Below are positions 34,801-46,562 of a DNA stretch of 64,000 bases, one piece after another (position 1 is the first letter of the stretch; each line of letters opens with the position of its first letter). This stretch comes from Octopus sinensis. Its lineage: Eukaryota. The notes under the pieces are model-generated. The model had not been told where the DNA came from, did no database searches, and worked only from the letters and a program-made list of their open reading frames with translations. Position numbers and translations under genes: made by a program. The stretch covers positions 12,090,001-12,154,000 of the forward strand of contig NC_043018.1 of NCBI RefSeq assembly GCF_006345805.1. Direction: 5' to 3'.

Positions 34801-37506
34801 TTTTATCAACTCTTTAAGGCTGAAAGGCAAATTTGACATCAGCTGGATTCTAACTATTATTATTATTATCATCATCATCATCATTATTAATATTAACATA
34901 ATTGCTGGAGTCAGCTGCAAAAATGATTAGAGAAATGATTAGAGTCAATCCTAGATTCTTGAAAATCCTTCACCCACCCCCACCCAACACTCTTCCCCAC
35001 CAAAAACACTGACATCAACGTAAGGACAAGCCAACAAGGAAGTCTACAGCCATTCAGTTCACTGGAAAGGACACCAAACCCTCTTCATGTACAACATACC
35101 ATCTTAAGAAAAAAAAAAAAGAACATATTATATGATTTGGTCGTAGAAGGGAAAGAAATGGGATGAGAATGGTTGGAATATTTTTGATTTTTATTCAATG
35201 AGAACTGGTCTGAGATTAAACAACAACAACAAAGTGAGTACAAATCACCTCCACGAATTAAAATTAAATTTTAGTGTGTAACGAACTTTTTTCTATCATT
35301 ATCCCCACCCCTACTATCGTCTTTATTTCCTTGTTTGCACTTCCTCCTTCAGCCAAACATCATTTCCAAAATATGCTCGAGGTTAAAAAGAGAAATGTGT
35401 GAGACGTAAGTAACAATTATTAACAATGCTTTAGTTTGTTAAGGTAAGGGCGCTTAAATATGAGGGAGCAGCTCCTTTGGCCCCTACATTTGAACATGCA
35501 AGCAGCCTGAAAGGGCTTGCTTGTGGCATCAGTGTTAATGGGATGGAGATGACAGAGTCCTCCTGAGATGCATTCCAGGTGTTCAACATACTGGTCTCTC
35601 TCAGCCAATAACTGCAAGTGTGTCGTTCTTTCAATTAAAGTAACGGTGGGGATCATGTCTGGTGAGCACTGAGGCTCTCCACTTTGATATGCAGCAATCC
35701 ACAACCAATTGTTGAGGATGAGAAATATATTCATTTGAGCATGGAAAATCAGCCCCCGACGGGCTTTCAAGAACGTCTCGATGTAACAGATATGTGAACT
35801 GCTCAGTTTCTATACTTGCAGGAAGAAGTGGAGGAAGCCACCACAACAATCTTCACTTGACACAAACAACATGAGACAAGGGGAAATAGAACCAAAATCT
35901 CCCTCAAATCAACCCTACTGTCTTAAATAAGAAAACATTAGCTAATGTAGTCCAATGTACTCCTTAACGGCCTAATGGTCATGGCTGGAATACTTCTGAG
36001 TACGTCTGCTCAGTAAGGACTGATCTGAGGAGAAGTAATAACAACCACCAAATTTCTTCTCCCCCAAGACAGACACGGTACCAATGGATCCTCAGTCAAG
36101 ACCAACCATTTTGTTTCTGGTCTTACATTAAATTTCATTTATCAAAAGATCCACAACCCTCCACTATCACTACTACTATGACCACCCACCAACCATCTAT
36201 CACAAACATAATTTAGAGACAGATGATCAGATAGTGTTAGGAGGTAGTGGTCAAGAGATATAACAAGGATTTCAGTTGAGAAGGATTCCTCACCAAACCA
36301 CCAAACTCTTTTTAGAGACAAAGGGTTGGGCCAAGGGAAGTAAAACTTTACCAGCTCCAGCAATGCAATTACCACCACCACCACCACCACCACAACTACA
36401 ACACAAGTGTTCTAGTTATATTACTGGTACATATTTTAAATTGAACTTAGTACAAAAAATGTCCCCACAAAAGAAAAAGTATCACGACCACTTCAAATGG
36501 TTTCGTACTTGGGTGCCGAACCCGACTTTCTGCATCTTACATTGATCAGTTCCATCACACCAAAGTGTCATTTTTTCCATAATAATAAACATCATTGTAA
36601 ATGCTTAAATGCTGTGAGTTGCCATGACAACACAGGCAACTGTCTACTGTACCTACCATACATGCTTCTGAGCTGTCACATTTGCTCAACACAGTGGCAG
36701 CTTCTACAGCATTATTAACCCTGCTAGAAATAGCAGCAAATCTCTCTCAAATTATACTCTACTGTCTAAAAAAAAAACCCCAAGGACAAATTGGATAATT
36801 TAGTCCAAGGTACTTCTAAAAAGTTTTAATGGTCATAACTGGAATGCCTTTGTGCACAGGTCTGCTCAAACAGGGCCAACCAGAGATTAAATAGCATACA
36901 CACCCACACACATGCACACACAAAATTATTTTATGAAATTAAAAAAAATTTTTTTCTTTTTAAATTTTGATTCCTCTTAATTTATGCTTGAAATCCCTTT
37001 CACATTCCCACGCTGCACAACTTGCATCACAGCAGTGCAAATTAAGGGTCACAAACAAGCACCACTAAAGAGAAGATAAACACACAAAAATATATAAACA
37101 GAAAAGTATAAAAAACAAATTTGTTTCCACCTCGAAACCAGCTCCCCAACACCTGCCTCCACTGCTTTAGAACTATTACCCACGGAATGATGAAATTCAG
37201 TTGCAACAATTCCTGGGGAAAAATCCTTGTCCTCCTTCATTGTTACAGAATTGTTCAGACTTTAAGTAAACATCATTTTCTCAAAAAAAAAAAAAAAAAA
37301 AGTCTTAAAAAATAATAAACAAATAAAATAAAATGAAAATGTCTGATGGGTGCAGGAAATGACTGAACCAACTCTCAGTCAGGTGCACATCCACGAATAA
37401 ACTTCTCTTTAGTAGCCAAGTTGGGTTTGCACCCCCGTGGAAAATCAAAAAAACAAACAACTAAACTGGTATCAGCCGTGCCTTACTAGTAGGCCCTGCG
37501 ACGTAG

Positions 37507-37625
37507 TTAAGACAATACTTCATCCCGAAAAGCCAGGCTGATTATGGCCTTTTGGTGACCTTTGTATTCCCTGCGAACTTCTCCACTCTCCACGCTCCAA
37601 AGTCGAGCCACATTGTCTGATGAAG
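37507..37625 (-). CDS. MLST8: mLST8 coding exon 9 (last)
   Basis: TTTCCAG| (A)[38 protein letters not shown]; matches the LST8 C-terminal WD repeat. Confidence 0.93.
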
Positions 37626-38102
37626 CTGGAAAGAGTGGAAAGAGACAAAGAAAATGCACGATTATTATCATTCAAAGAGTTTGGAACAGACTGAGCATAA
37701 AACAAGATGGAAATTAGCTGAGACACAGAACCACACTCACATACAGAACAGATTATTTCAGATTACGTGCTATCATCTTAATCCCATTTAATCCTAATTC
37801 TAATATCTATGCTTTAATAAATTCCATTTAATTTCATTTTAACTTCTATGCTTAAAAGGAGTTAAAAGGAGTTTGTTAAGAGAGATTTTCCCTTTCGGTC
37901 ACCAAGCCACGATTTATGGCTGGACATGTTTTTATGGAAGACTGAAAATGAATGCCTGCTTGAATGAGAGTGACGCTCATTTGAAACTATTGCATCCAAA
38001 CAAGGAGACACAAATACACGTATGTGTGTGTGTGTGTATTTATATTTCATCATCATCGTTTAGCGTCATATATATATATATATATGTATATTTATACATA
38101 TA

Positions 38103-38395
38103 TATTGATAGAAATGGTAAGACAACAAAAGAATGAAAGAGACCTCGATATTATGTTAATAGAGGAATTTATCTGTAAATATAATATGTGACAGTTGTTC
38201 GGTAGCCATGGTAAAACTCTGAGTTTCGGATGTCAGGGCAGAAACCCACACCGCCATCTCTTCAATTATCTGGCCATCGAAAAAAGATTTTTACGATGGC
38301 CGGATAACTGAAGAGATGGTGCTGTGGATTTCCACCTCGGCATCCGAAACTCAGAGTTTTATCATGGCTACCAAATAACTGTCACTATTTACAGA

Positions 38396-38400
<5 letters not shown>
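38103..38400. mobile_element. Penelope-type palindromic terminus (hairpin 38171..38397)
   Basis: ~110-bp inverted arms centred near 38287; a related copy lies at 60631. Confidence 0.75.
38297..38370 (+). ncRNA. Type I hammerhead-ribozyme-like motif
   Basis: Stem I TGGCCG-GATAA / TTATC-A-TGGCTA; core CTGAAGA (38308-14); stem II GATG...CATC; GAAA (38346-49); short palindromic stem III ACTC-A-GAGT; GUU cleavage triplet ending at 38358. One extra C before GAAA. Confidence 0.55.
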
Positions 38401-38440
<40 letters not shown>

Positions 38441-38704
38441 TTAAGATGACAAGGAAACATATTTAACGAATAGCCTTGAGTAAGGAATAGAACAGTACTT
38501 CAGAGCTGTGAAGTTTTGTATTTTTGGTATCAGACTTTAACAAAAGTAAAAATGCAAAAGCAAGTATCAACATGGAATGTGGTTTTGTAATAGAACAAAC
38601 TTTATAGGAGAGAGTTCAAATATAGACTATATAGGAGAGGTAAAATGTAGGCCATACAGAAGGCAAGAGGTAAAAGAAGACCATAGAGGAGAAGAGAGCG
38701 TGCC

Positions 38705-38858
38705 GGTGGTTGGCATTAGGAAGGGCATCCAGCTGTAGAAACTCTGCCAGATCTAGACAGGAGCCTGGTGCAGCCATCTGGTTCGCCAGCCCTTGGTCAA
38801 ATCGTCCAACCCATGCTAGCATGGAAAGCGGACGTTAAACGATGATGATGATGATGAC
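38705..38858 (+). mobile_element. RTE-tail repeat (family C) with (GAT)n tail
   Basis: GGTTGGCATTAGGAAGGGCATCCAGCTGTAG...GGAAAGCGGACGTTAAACGATGATG, same as the LINE tail at 4795-4937. Confidence 0.85.
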
Positions 38859-38946
38859 AAAACAAAAACAAAATGTTCAAGCCTGAGGAGATCTTGTAAA
38901 AAAAGTGGGAGGCAGAGTAGAGAGGTGGAGAGAGAAACAGCCTTAC

Positions 38947-39089
38947 CAGTAATTATGTATTGTGAATCGCCACTGAAAGCGCAGTCCCACACCCAGCGCT
39001 GAGTGTTGTCCTTCAATTCTGTTAACTTTGAAAAGTCAGCAGTTTTCCAGATCACAGCAGAGCAATCAGCAGAAGTCGTGGCCAAGAGC
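38947..39089 (-). CDS. MLST8: mLST8 coding exon 8
   Basis: TTGCAG| (T)LLATTSADCSAVIWKTADFSKLTELKDNTQRWVWDCAFSGDSQYIIT |GTAAGG. Confidence 0.95.
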
Positions 39090-40351
39090 CTGCAATGCAA
39101 AAATGGCTTATGATTGATAATTATTATAATATTGTGTTGAGTCAAAAGTTTTGCAATATTTTGGAAATTTATTTGCTTTATTCATCAAGATACTACAAAA
39201 GCAGCTTAGCATTGAAAGTAGAGTCTGTCTTGTTGCACTGCCTGAAGCCACCTTTCTGCCAGTTCTTGTCTTTCACCCCTTCTTGGTTGATGAAGTGTCC
39301 TGAGCACAGAAAGTGAGCCACTGATCACAACAAGAGACATCTGGACAATATACTGGACGTGGTATCAGTCAGCCATGCGCCTTCACTATATGTAGCACAG
39401 TTAGTGTGTCTATACATTATATACCTACTACTGTATAAAGAACACAGCTAGTGTGTCTACACACATATTAAGTAAAATTACAGCTTTCTGGTCTTCATAT
39501 AGACATTAATTATGAAAATAGTTAAGTGATGATAATTGTTATGATATTATAGCTATGTCACAGCTAAAATGTTAAAGCTGTATCATAATATTCATATTGC
39601 AGTTATGATGCTATGATTCTTATAAGGTTAAGATGATTTTATGATACTTATGACGTTAGAATACTTATCATCATCATCATCATTTAACATCTGTTGTCTA
39701 TGCCAGCATGGGTTGGATGGTTTGACCAGACTGATTTGGCATGGTTTCTATGGTTGGATGCCCTTCCTACTGCCAACCACTCTAAAAGTGTAATGGGTGC
39801 TTTTACGTGCCACTGGGATCAATTACATTGCCTCTGTGAGGCACAGCACTCGAATGGTGCTTTTTACATGCCTGTTACATGACACCAGTATCATTGCTTC
39901 TGTAAGGCCCGTTGCCTCCACGAGGCCTGTTGCCTCTGTGAGACCCATTGTCTCAGTGGTGGCATAAATATGAAAATAACAATTACAACAGAATGGATTT
40001 CCTTCTGAGACTAATTCCATGTTTTGCACTAATTAATCTCTATTGTTCAAAAGAACCCCTGTACAGGGTACATAGCTGCTATTGCTTCTCATTTTATATT
40101 GCTGTGACCTTCATTGGAACTCAGTGGATAAAGATAGAAACACTCATCTAGTTATAAACAAACAGGAAAAAATCTACAGAATAAAACTGTCAAAATTTGT
40201 AAAACTATCCCACCTTCTTAGGATACATGAGGATATGGAATTATAAACAGAAAGAGAAAAAATGTTAAAAAAGTGAAAAGCAAATTGCAAATGATAGAAA
40301 TGAACAATAAATCAATGAAAGCAGAAAAGCCTGAAACAAAGTCTTTCTTAC

Positions 40352-40476
40352 GTTGAGTCAGGACTGAACATACACTTGAGAGCATATCGCTTGTGGGCTT
40401 GAAACTCTGCTCGTTTGTGGAGAAAGGAACACTCGCTCTTATGGCTGCCACTCAGAGACCAGACATAGCACCGTCC
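40352..40476 (-). CDS. MLST8: mLST8 coding exon 7
   Basis: TTGCAG| GRCYVWSLSGSHKSECSFLHKRAEFQAHKRYALKCMFSPDS(T) |GTAAGA; not in the ORF track. Confidence 0.93.
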
Positions 40477-41039
40477 CTGCAACAGAAAAGAGCAGAATTA
40501 ATAATTAATTATCTTTGCTGACCTCTTTCATTTATGGCATTCCACACACACACACACACACACATGCAGAGCCTCTTCCTCTTCATCTCCTATCCCTACT
40601 CCTTCCCAAGTTGATTCGTCTGGCAAAGCAGTCGCTGAGAAAAAGTGAGAAACTAAACAGGGGAAACTAATGTAAAAAAAGGGAAGAGGAAAACAGAAAG
40701 AGAAAAGAGGAAGAAAACAAAACAGAGGGGAAAGTGAAAGCGAAGGAAGAAAGAGAGAGACAGTTTGCGTAGGTGAAAGAATACAGTATAGCTTCCAGGC
40801 AAAGTGGATAATATTTTCATAAGGTGGAGGTGATCTATTGGTATCGTAAATAAGACTATTGATTGAAGACCCCAAGATTAGGGAGTCCTTGCTTAAGTGT
40901 GAGTTTGTTGTTAATGTAGTTGTTGCTTTTTAGTCAAAGGTCAGCCTTCATCCAGCTGACCTGCCTTCATTGCACCTGTGACCATCCCATCATTTATTTA
41001 GACAGTGTCCCTACAACTACATTAATCCAATTAAAATAG

Positions 41040-41600
41040 AACAACAGAACAGGAAATCAAGATGGTCCTCTAGAAGACATTTGTCCTCAGCTGTTTTAGG
41101 CCACTGCCCACAGCTATGGTCACCACACAGTGAAAAAATTAACAATGGAACTCAAAGCAATCCAACAAAGCAACACAAAGAAAATCATCTCAATGTGACG
41201 TGTAAGCAACTGGGAGAGAGATGAAGAAAGTTATGACACAACCCCCTAGAATGATGGCAGGGAAGATATGCAGTGATATACATCTGGAACATCTTGGAAA
41301 AAATTGTACCTAACTTTGGCATTGTCAGTTACACAAACAGCAGAACAGGAGGGGGGAGGGGTACTGCAGAGTAGCAAAAATTCCAATGTTGCCATCAGGA
41401 TACAGGACCAGATACTGCAACAGCTGCTTGGGTGTCAAGGGCCCACAGTTCTACAATATTCTCCCACAAAGCCTGAGAAACCTACATGTGCTGGCTGTAG
41501 ATGCCTTCAAAAACTGGACCTCCTCCTGTCAAGAGTTCTGGATGAGCCTACCTCATGGCAAGAAACTCAGATGAAGGTAGTAACATCTTGGGTAATAACT
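41040..41600 (+). mobile_element. CR1/Jockey-group LINE 3' remnant
   Basis: NSCLGVKGPQFYNILPQSLRNLH...VDAFK..LDLLLSRVLDEP, a typical ORF2 C-terminus. Confidence 0.7.
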
Positions 41601-41989
41601 GAAAGAATAGGATCATGAATACAAGCAGCCAAGGGTCTGAAGGGTCTTTGGAGTAAGATTACTGGGTCAAGTGCATAGCTTGGAGGTGAGAGGGGTGCTC
41701 CAAGTAGAGCTGCTACTTATTTAAATTGAGAGATCACAGCTCTCGTACTTCAGACATGTTGTAAGAATGTCTCGGAAAAGAACATCGGACAGGTTTTATG
41801 GATGAAATCAACCTGCAAGAGATCCAGGAGTAGACCACGAGCGAGATGTTGGACAACATCTATGAGCTTGCACAGTATTGGTCAAACCAAGGCTTCATGA
41901 GAAGGCAATTGCACAAGCGGTGCCAGGCAGTGGAATCATGCCAGAACTACTACCTGGTTGCAAAGCAATCGTCTAACCACCATTTGTAA

Positions 41990-42245
41990 AGGTATGTGAT
42001 TCCGTGGTTAGGGTATTCAGCTCATGATTGTAAGGTCTTCAGTTCAATGCCCAGTAACGCCTTGTGTCTTTGAGCAAGTCGCTTCAAAGGGCCAGCCTTG
42101 TCATATTTTGTGTCATTTCCCAGAGAATATGTTAAGGGTGTGTGTATCTGTGAAGAGCTCAGCCACTTGCTTGTTAATTTCATGAGCAGGATGTTCTCTT
42201 GACTGAATCAATTAGAACACTTGATGTAACTGACAGAGTGATAGC
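41990..42245 (+). mobile_element. Old tRNA-derived SINE (distinct family)
   Basis: Degenerate A/B boxes (CCGTGGTTAGGGT...AGTTCAATGCCC) followed by CORE-like TGTGTCTTTGAGCAAG. Confidence 0.5.
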
Positions 42246-42343
42246 TTTAATCACTATTTATATGAATTGCATAGTGTTGACGATTCTTTTTTTGTTGTTT
42301 TAATTCCAATCAACATCAGTGAATAGAAACAGTTCTTCTCAGC

Positions 42344-42571
42344 TAGGCGAGCTGGCAGAAACGTTAGCACGCCGGGCGAAATGCTTAGCGGTATTCGTCT
42401 ACCGTTACATTCTGAGTTCAAATTCTGCCAAAGTCGACTTTGTCTTTCATCCTTTCGGGGTTGATAAATTAAGTACCAGTTACGCACTGGGGTCGATGCA
42501 ATCGACTTAATCCCTTTGTCTGTCCTTGTTTGTCCCCTCTATGTTTAGCCCCTTGTGGGCAATAAAGAAAT
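42344..42571 (+). mobile_element. SINE family B, full length, with 20-bp target-site duplication
   Basis: TAGAAACAGTTCTTCTCAGC at 42324..42343 and 42572..42591; body retains its CpGs. Confidence 0.92.
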
Positions 42572-42805
42572 TAGAAACAGTTCTTCTCAGCAGCGCTCAG
42601 TCCCTCCATCGCAAAATGCAATCAACAACAGTAATATAATTACTACCATAAGTTTTCTAGTAGCTGGCCCTTTGCTCTTCACACACACGTGCGCATGCTC
42701 ACACCCTAACAAAAACTGGATGCCAGAATCTATAGTAGATCCTTAAAAGACAAACTACAATGTCCATATCGAAATCATACACACACATCTGCTGCTTCTC
42801 TACAT

Positions 42806-43000
42806 ATCATCATCATCATCATTTCACGCCTGCTTTCCATGCTAGCATGGGTTGGACGATTCGACTGAGGTCTGGCAAACCAGATGGCTGCACCAGACTC
42901 CAATCTTGATTTGGCAGAGTTTCTCCAGCTGGATGCCCTTCCTAACGCCAACCACTCCGAGAGTGTAGTGGGTGCTTTTACATGCCACCGACACGAGGGC
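42806..43000 (-). mobile_element. RTE-tail repeat (family C)
   Basis: (ATC)n followed by the reverse complement of the shared tail. Confidence 0.8.
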
Positions 43001-43277
43001 CAGCTGCAGCCAAAAAACCAAAAGAGAAGTCATGTACATCTAAGAATAAAAGACTACCTCTCGATAGACAGTCTGAGAGTTTCAAAGTAGAGACACATAA
43101 CGACAGATGAGCTCAACAGATTCAAAGCCACCAAAACATTTAATCCATATTCGAAACCTTTAATCCGGCAGATGAGCTCGAGGACACTTCTGAACAGCCT
43201 GCATTAAAAAACATCAGGAAATTGAAAATACAGTTTCAAAAACTATCAACATCATCATCGTTACCACATCTACTCAC

Positions 43278-43355
43278 CTTATTATTAACACATGCCATCA
43301 TAGTTCCCATTGGGTCTATACAGATGGATTGGATTGAAGCATCCAATTCAGGAAT
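43278..43355 (-). CDS. MLST8: mLST8 coding exon 6
   Basis: TTTAG| IPELDASIQSICIDPMGTMMACVNNK |GTGAGT; 78 nt, phase 0-0. Confidence 0.93.
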
Positions 43356-43789
43356 CTAAATCAAAATAAAAAGGAAGAAAAAATATGAAAATATTAAAAC
43401 TTTGACAGAATACCAATTCTATGACACCCTTGTTTGTTCTACCCGTCTCAAACTACTGATGAAACTTACGCAGATTATGTTTAGCTTAAACACATGAACA
43501 GCAAGTTGATGTATTCAGGGTTAAAAAGGAAGGTTAAATGTTCTGAGAAAGAAGGAGTGAGAAAGAGAAGGGGTGACGAAACAGTCAAGGTGGTCTGCCA
43601 TATGACTTAGTTGTTTCAAATGAGACAGTTTGGAAGCAGATGTCAAAGTGAGACTGCAACATGTCAGTGGGGCAAAGGTTGTGCTATGTTGGAGAGTGAG
43701 TCTTTGTCAAGTAATTTGATGGTCTTCTTCAGGATTCAGTCTTGGGTGTAAAAGTGTGTAACAGCAGTACTATCCCTTATATTCTGTTA

Positions 43790-44160
43790 CTCTTTCACTT
43801 GTTTCAGTCATTTGACTGCAGCCATACTGGAGCACTGCCTTAAAGGGTTTTAGTTGAAGAAATTGACCCCAAGGCTTATTCTTTATAAGCCTAGTACATA
43901 TCCTATTGGTCTCTTTTGCCAAACCGCTACGTCACAGGGACATAAACACACCAGCATTGTGTTTGTCTCCCCACCATTGCTTGACAACCAGACAGACACA
44001 CGACGGGCTTCTTTCAGTTTCTGTCTACCAAATCCACTCACAGGGGTTTGGTTGGCTCGAGGCTATAGTAGAAAACACTTGCCCAAGGTGCCATACAGTG
44101 AGACTGAACCTGGACCCATGTGGTCGAGAAGCAAGCTTCTTTCCACACAGCCATGCCCAC
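43790..44160 (-). mobile_element. SINE family A
   Basis: Family sequence as at 25086. Confidence 0.85.
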
Positions 44161-44465
44161 ACCTATATATTTATTTATTTTGTATCACAACTTATAAACA
44201 ATAGTGTCATTGATTACAGGTTTCCGATGGACCAATCACTGGTTCACTGTATTTCTGATGGCAGAATTGATAAGAGAGAGACATTATAACTCAGACTTCA
44301 TCTGGAGAGCACAGGTTTGAAGCCACATGGTTCCCGAATTGATCCCAGAACCCCACGGTTGCAAAGTGAACTTCTTAACAGCAAAGTCATACACTGAATG
44401 GTGCTGTTATTTGAGACCTTAATTGAGACCAAGTTGGTTTTATAAGTTAAAGGGAGCCCATTTAA

Positions 44466-44683
44466 CCCTTTGGCAGTTAAACCAGCCATATCCAGCCCAA
44501 ATATTCTACTTTTTTTAAAGTTCAAACTGGTCAGATCTGGCCTCTCACACCTACCCTACAACGTTATTCTAAAAACGAACAATCACATCGTCATCTTGAA
44601 GCCTCAAGATAATGAATGATTAATTCAAAATAATGTGAATGAACAAGTATTGCATTTGACAGAATAATCTGAATGCTAAAGGG
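44466..44683. mobile_element. piggyBac-type MITE
   Basis: TTAA|CCCTTTGGCAGTTA ... TGAATGCTAAAGGG|TCAA. Confidence 0.75.
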
Positions 44684-45244
44684 TCAAAGGTCATGAAATA
44701 TATTTAACCTCTGAGTATAGCTGTTCCCATTTATATTGTCCAGTCTTTCAACCGACTCAAGTCTACATAAAGTCAGATTTTCTTCATTATTGGAGAGTAG
44801 AGAGCCTATTATTGTTGATGTCACCAAATTGTCTCCAATCACATCAGACCAAATGGCCATGGCATGAGATTAGCCAACGAAACGAATGGCTAATAACGCA
44901 CAGACTTCATAAATGCCTGAAATGGCTCTGAAGTTTAATGAGATACCTGACGACTAATAAACAAACTCATGAGTTGAAAAACTTAATAAGTACCACAGCC
45001 ATAACTCTGGTAGTCTCAGTGGATCCTGAACGACAAGAATGGTGTAATTTCCATTTTACATTGGAATTGTTTCGTAGTTGGAAAGGGGATCCAGTTGTAA
45101 AAAAGAAAGAAGACAAAAAAACACATTTCTTCATAAGTTAATCAGAAAAATTGGAGGACGGGTAGTGACTGTAATCTTTAAAGGCCCACACTCCTAGACT
45201 AGTGAGATTGATGTGGTTAATGTGTTCAGTTAGAAAATCAATGT

Positions 45245-45542
45245 GGAGGTGCAATGGCCCAGTGGTTAAGGCAGCGGACTTGCGGTCGGAGGATCGCGGT
45301 TTCGATTCGTAGACCAGGCATTGAGTGTGTTTATTGAGCGAAAACACCTAAAAGTTCCACGAGGCTCCAGCAGGGAGTGGTGGTGACCCCTGTTTTACTC
45401 TTTCGCCCCAACTTTCTCTCACTCTTTCTTGAGTAATGCTGCGATGGACTGGCATCCCATCCAGCTGGGGGGAACACATACACCATAGAAACTGGGAAAC
45501 TGGGCCCAAGAGCCTGGCTAGGCTTGAAAAGGGCGACGTTTT
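45245..45542 (+). mobile_element. tRNA-derived SINE with V-domain-like central region
   Basis: Head TGGCCCAGTGGTTAAGGCAGCGG...GGTTTCGATTCG; body CTGCGATGGACTGGCATCCCATCCAG resembles the V-SINE core (from memory). Confidence 0.65.
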
Positions 45543-46284
45543 GAGAAAATCAATATCTGCAGTAAAAACTTGTGCCACAGAGAAAATTACAAAGGAGGAA
45601 GAACTGGGAAAAAATGGTCAGTTCAGTATCAGGAAAGGAAGCATTAAGGACATCATCATCATCATCATCGTTTAACGTCCACTTTCCATGCTAGCATGGG
45701 TTGGACTACAATATCTTGAATTCTGACTCAGTTCTAAATAAGCTTCTACAAAGGAATTGAATGTTTGCTAAGCACCTCAACCAAGGAGGTTTTCAAAGGG
45801 TACTGCTTAAATCCTGTTCCATGATGTCACAGAACTGATGGGTAAATGTTGGATAGCCTGTTTGTCTCTCTCAAGTATCTTTCTCAGATGATATGTACCA
45901 CCTCACCTCTAGGTGAACTGAGGCTATGTGAAATTCAGTATACTGCCCCATACGCATCAAAACCCATCTTTTATAGATTTAAACTCAAAACGAATTTTGT
46001 GCTATTGCAACCATCACTCAGCCGTTCAAATCAAACCCAGATCCAAGAAGCCAATGAGAGAACCTCTATGTACTTGCTTGACCTGGTCGAGACATCAGCT
46101 AAATCTCCAAATTACACCATGTTAAAGATGACAGGATGTTCACAGCTGGAGTACTGGTCATTGTAAGGGGTCTACTCTGAGAAAGATGGCCAAGAACAGG
46201 ACAGCAGCAACAACTACTAGGTCTCTAGAATCTCAAAAACCTGTCCCATGTAACTTAATAATATCAAAAGTAACAAGAACTTAC

Positions 46285-46359
46285 ACAAGGTTCTTTGTGA
46301 TTGCTCTTCAGATCCCACACGTGAATCACACCATTCTGATCACCAATAAAAAGCTCACC
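46285..46359 (-). CDS. MLST8: mLST8 coding exon 5
   Basis: TTTATAG| GELFIGDQNGVIHVWDLKSNHKEPC |GTAAGT; 75 nt. Confidence 0.94.
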
Positions 46360-46562
46360 CTATAAAAAATGATAAACAACATCAAACAACAACAATAAAT
46401 AATAATAATGATAATAATATTTCAAGATTCAAGTTTCAAGATTCACGAATGTAAAGAGACAAGAAGAGTGTGACTGTTATTTCGGTAATAGAGATTTGAG
46501 TCTGTTTCTTCAGATGAAAATGAAACAAATGAGCAATATTTCAACACTCTGTGTGTCTTTTA

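Noticed and set aside
43449-43463. Isolated CTGATGAAAC (also 59484)
   Set aside because: No stem II between CTGATGA and GAAA and no flanking stems; not a hammerhead or snoRNA.
45245-45320. tRNA gene
   Set aside because: A/B boxes are present but the acceptor and anticodon stems do not pair, and the sequence continues into a SINE body.
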